Assembly: GCA_029838195.1 (NCBI GenBank)
Contig: JALGVJ010000043.1
Location: forward strand, 1 to 29,521
Direction of reading: 5' to 3'
Length of the DNA stretch: 29,521 nucleotides
From: Promethearchaeota archaeon
Lineage (GTDB): Archaea > Asgardarchaeota > Lokiarchaeia > Sigyniarchaeales > SOKP01
Both the position numbers and the translations under genes were made by a program. Below, piece after piece: positions 28,223-29,521 of the stretch (position 1 is the first letter of the stretch; every line of letters starts with the position of its first letter). The notes beneath the pieces are model-generated. The model saw only the letters and a list, made by a program, of their open reading frames with translations, did not search any database and had not been told where the DNA came from.

Positions 28223-28743
28223 AAATATTGTTGATAAATTAATTAATAAATGATAATATCATTTAACTTTTAAATCTATATCCACATTAAGAACATATTT
28301 TAAAACTACTTTTACTTTCCTAAACCAAAGAATAACTGCTTTTAAACCGCACTTTTAAGGGAAGAAATTGCATCTTTATTTGGAATATTTTTCATGTAAA
28401 AAAAGGTTCCTAATAAAAATAAAAAGGGATCAAGGGTGTTTTTTCCCCTTAAAATATTTCATCTACGCAACATTTCACTTTTCTGTTGAAAACCGATAGT
28501 AATATCCGCGTGATATGGGGAATGAAAAAAATTAAGGCAAAGAAGTAGATTTCCTCTTGATTGAGTATCATTTCAAATAAAATAATTTTTTCTTGTTAAT
28601 ACGTGAGCCCATTTAAAGTAAACTAAATGCTTATGAAAATTATAATGTAAATATTTAAGCATAGTCTAAGTATTGGTGATATTTAATAATAAGATTTGAT
28701 AAGAATGAGTTAAGGTCTAATAAATTAAATTATCAACAGTCTA
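28223..28743. mobile_element. Possible heavily decayed IS5-like relic or MITE
   Basis: TGTTGATAA (28229-28237) is inverted to TTATCAACA (28730-28738), with TTAA just outside each. The right end resembles the TIR at 1452. 28340-28352 is the exact reverse complement of transposase bases 2542-2554. Confidence 0.35.
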
Positions 28744-28792
28744 TTAAAATAAAATTAAATTCTTTTCTTATAATGATTAATATCTCTCTTGA

Positions 28793-29521
28793 TCATTGAA
28801 AAAATTTCTCTTATTTTAAAATCTTTTAGGTTATCTTTAATTTTCCTCAACATATAAATCATATAATATAATAATCTCTGATATTCCAATATATATAAGA
28901 ATTCAAGAACTTCCTTATAATCATTTTTTATTTTAATCTCTGGATTACGGTTATTAATTTTCTTTTAAAGCACCATAATATAAATCAAGTTTAAATTTAT
29001 TCCTACCAAATTCAATCGCTTCTTTTGAGATATCAATACCTTGAACTTTAAAACCTTTTTTTCTAAAGAATAGAAGATTTAAACCTGCTCCACATCCTAC
29101 TTCGAAAAGAAAAGGATTTTTTGTGGTTTGATTTAAAATTTTATTTTCCTTTAAAAATTTATATATCTCTTTACCTTTCAGCATTGATTTGGTCGAGAAA
29201 ATCAAGTTAAGATCTTTTTTGCCAGAATACAATTTTCTATATTCTTTATTATAAAAATTCTCATAAGAGTCTATAGTCATTCTAGGATTAGTTTGAACAA
29301 GCCCACATTTCGTACAAATTACAACAGGGTTATATAAACCGTATCTATCTTTTTCAGCAAGTTTTTGAAAGTTTGTGCTTTTACAAATTGCGCAAGGTAT
29401 TGTTTCTAATTTGTAAATTCCATTATCTATTTTTTCTTCGATTTGTTTTTTAATCTTTCGTTGTAAATTATTTAGTTTGATGAGAGAAATCCCATCATTT
29501 TTATATTTATCATTTAAAAGC
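28793..29521 (-). pseudogene. Class I SAM-dependent methyltransferase with N-terminal CxxC/CxxC, internally deleted and frameshifted
   Basis: The frame is open from the window edge (LLNDKYKNDG...CAIC...CTKCGLVQTNPRM...EVGCGAG...GIDIS) and stops at 28954. Another frame continues KIKNDYKEVLEFL... to TGA at 28795-28793. The central MTase strands are absent. Confidence 0.7.

Noticed and set aside
1451-28743. One large composite transposon bounded by the similar IS ends
   Set aside because: It would include housekeeping ileS, each end has a nearer partner, and the matches are short; independent insertions are simpler

Overview
AT-rich window that reads as an archaeal cell-surface glycan locus. 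The origin is probably Asgard/Lokiarchaeia-like, but this is inference from composition, the split transketolase and a Uma2-like coiled-coil protein. It contains glycosyltransferases (GT2, DPM1-like, GT-C, CgeB-like), four nucleotide-sugar SDR enzymes, and a heptose module (two HddA-type kinases plus GmhA). That module sits in one co-oriented run with non-oxidative pentose phosphate genes (rpe, tal, split tkt) and an apparently catalytically dead RfaE/HldA-like kinase. Also present are PAPS synthesis genes (sat, cysC) with an RHH regulator preceded by a phased 10-bp repeat array, and a nonulosonic-acid pathway (short NeuB; NeuA fused to an intact HAD phosphatase). A type-2 isoleucyl-tRNA synthetase with a swapped GVHH signature instead of HIGH lies inside the locus. 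Decay is evident: a broken IS5-like element, a second possible IS relic, an amber-interrupted SGNH gene and two broken methyltransferase genes. No rRNA, tRNA or CRISPR array was seen.
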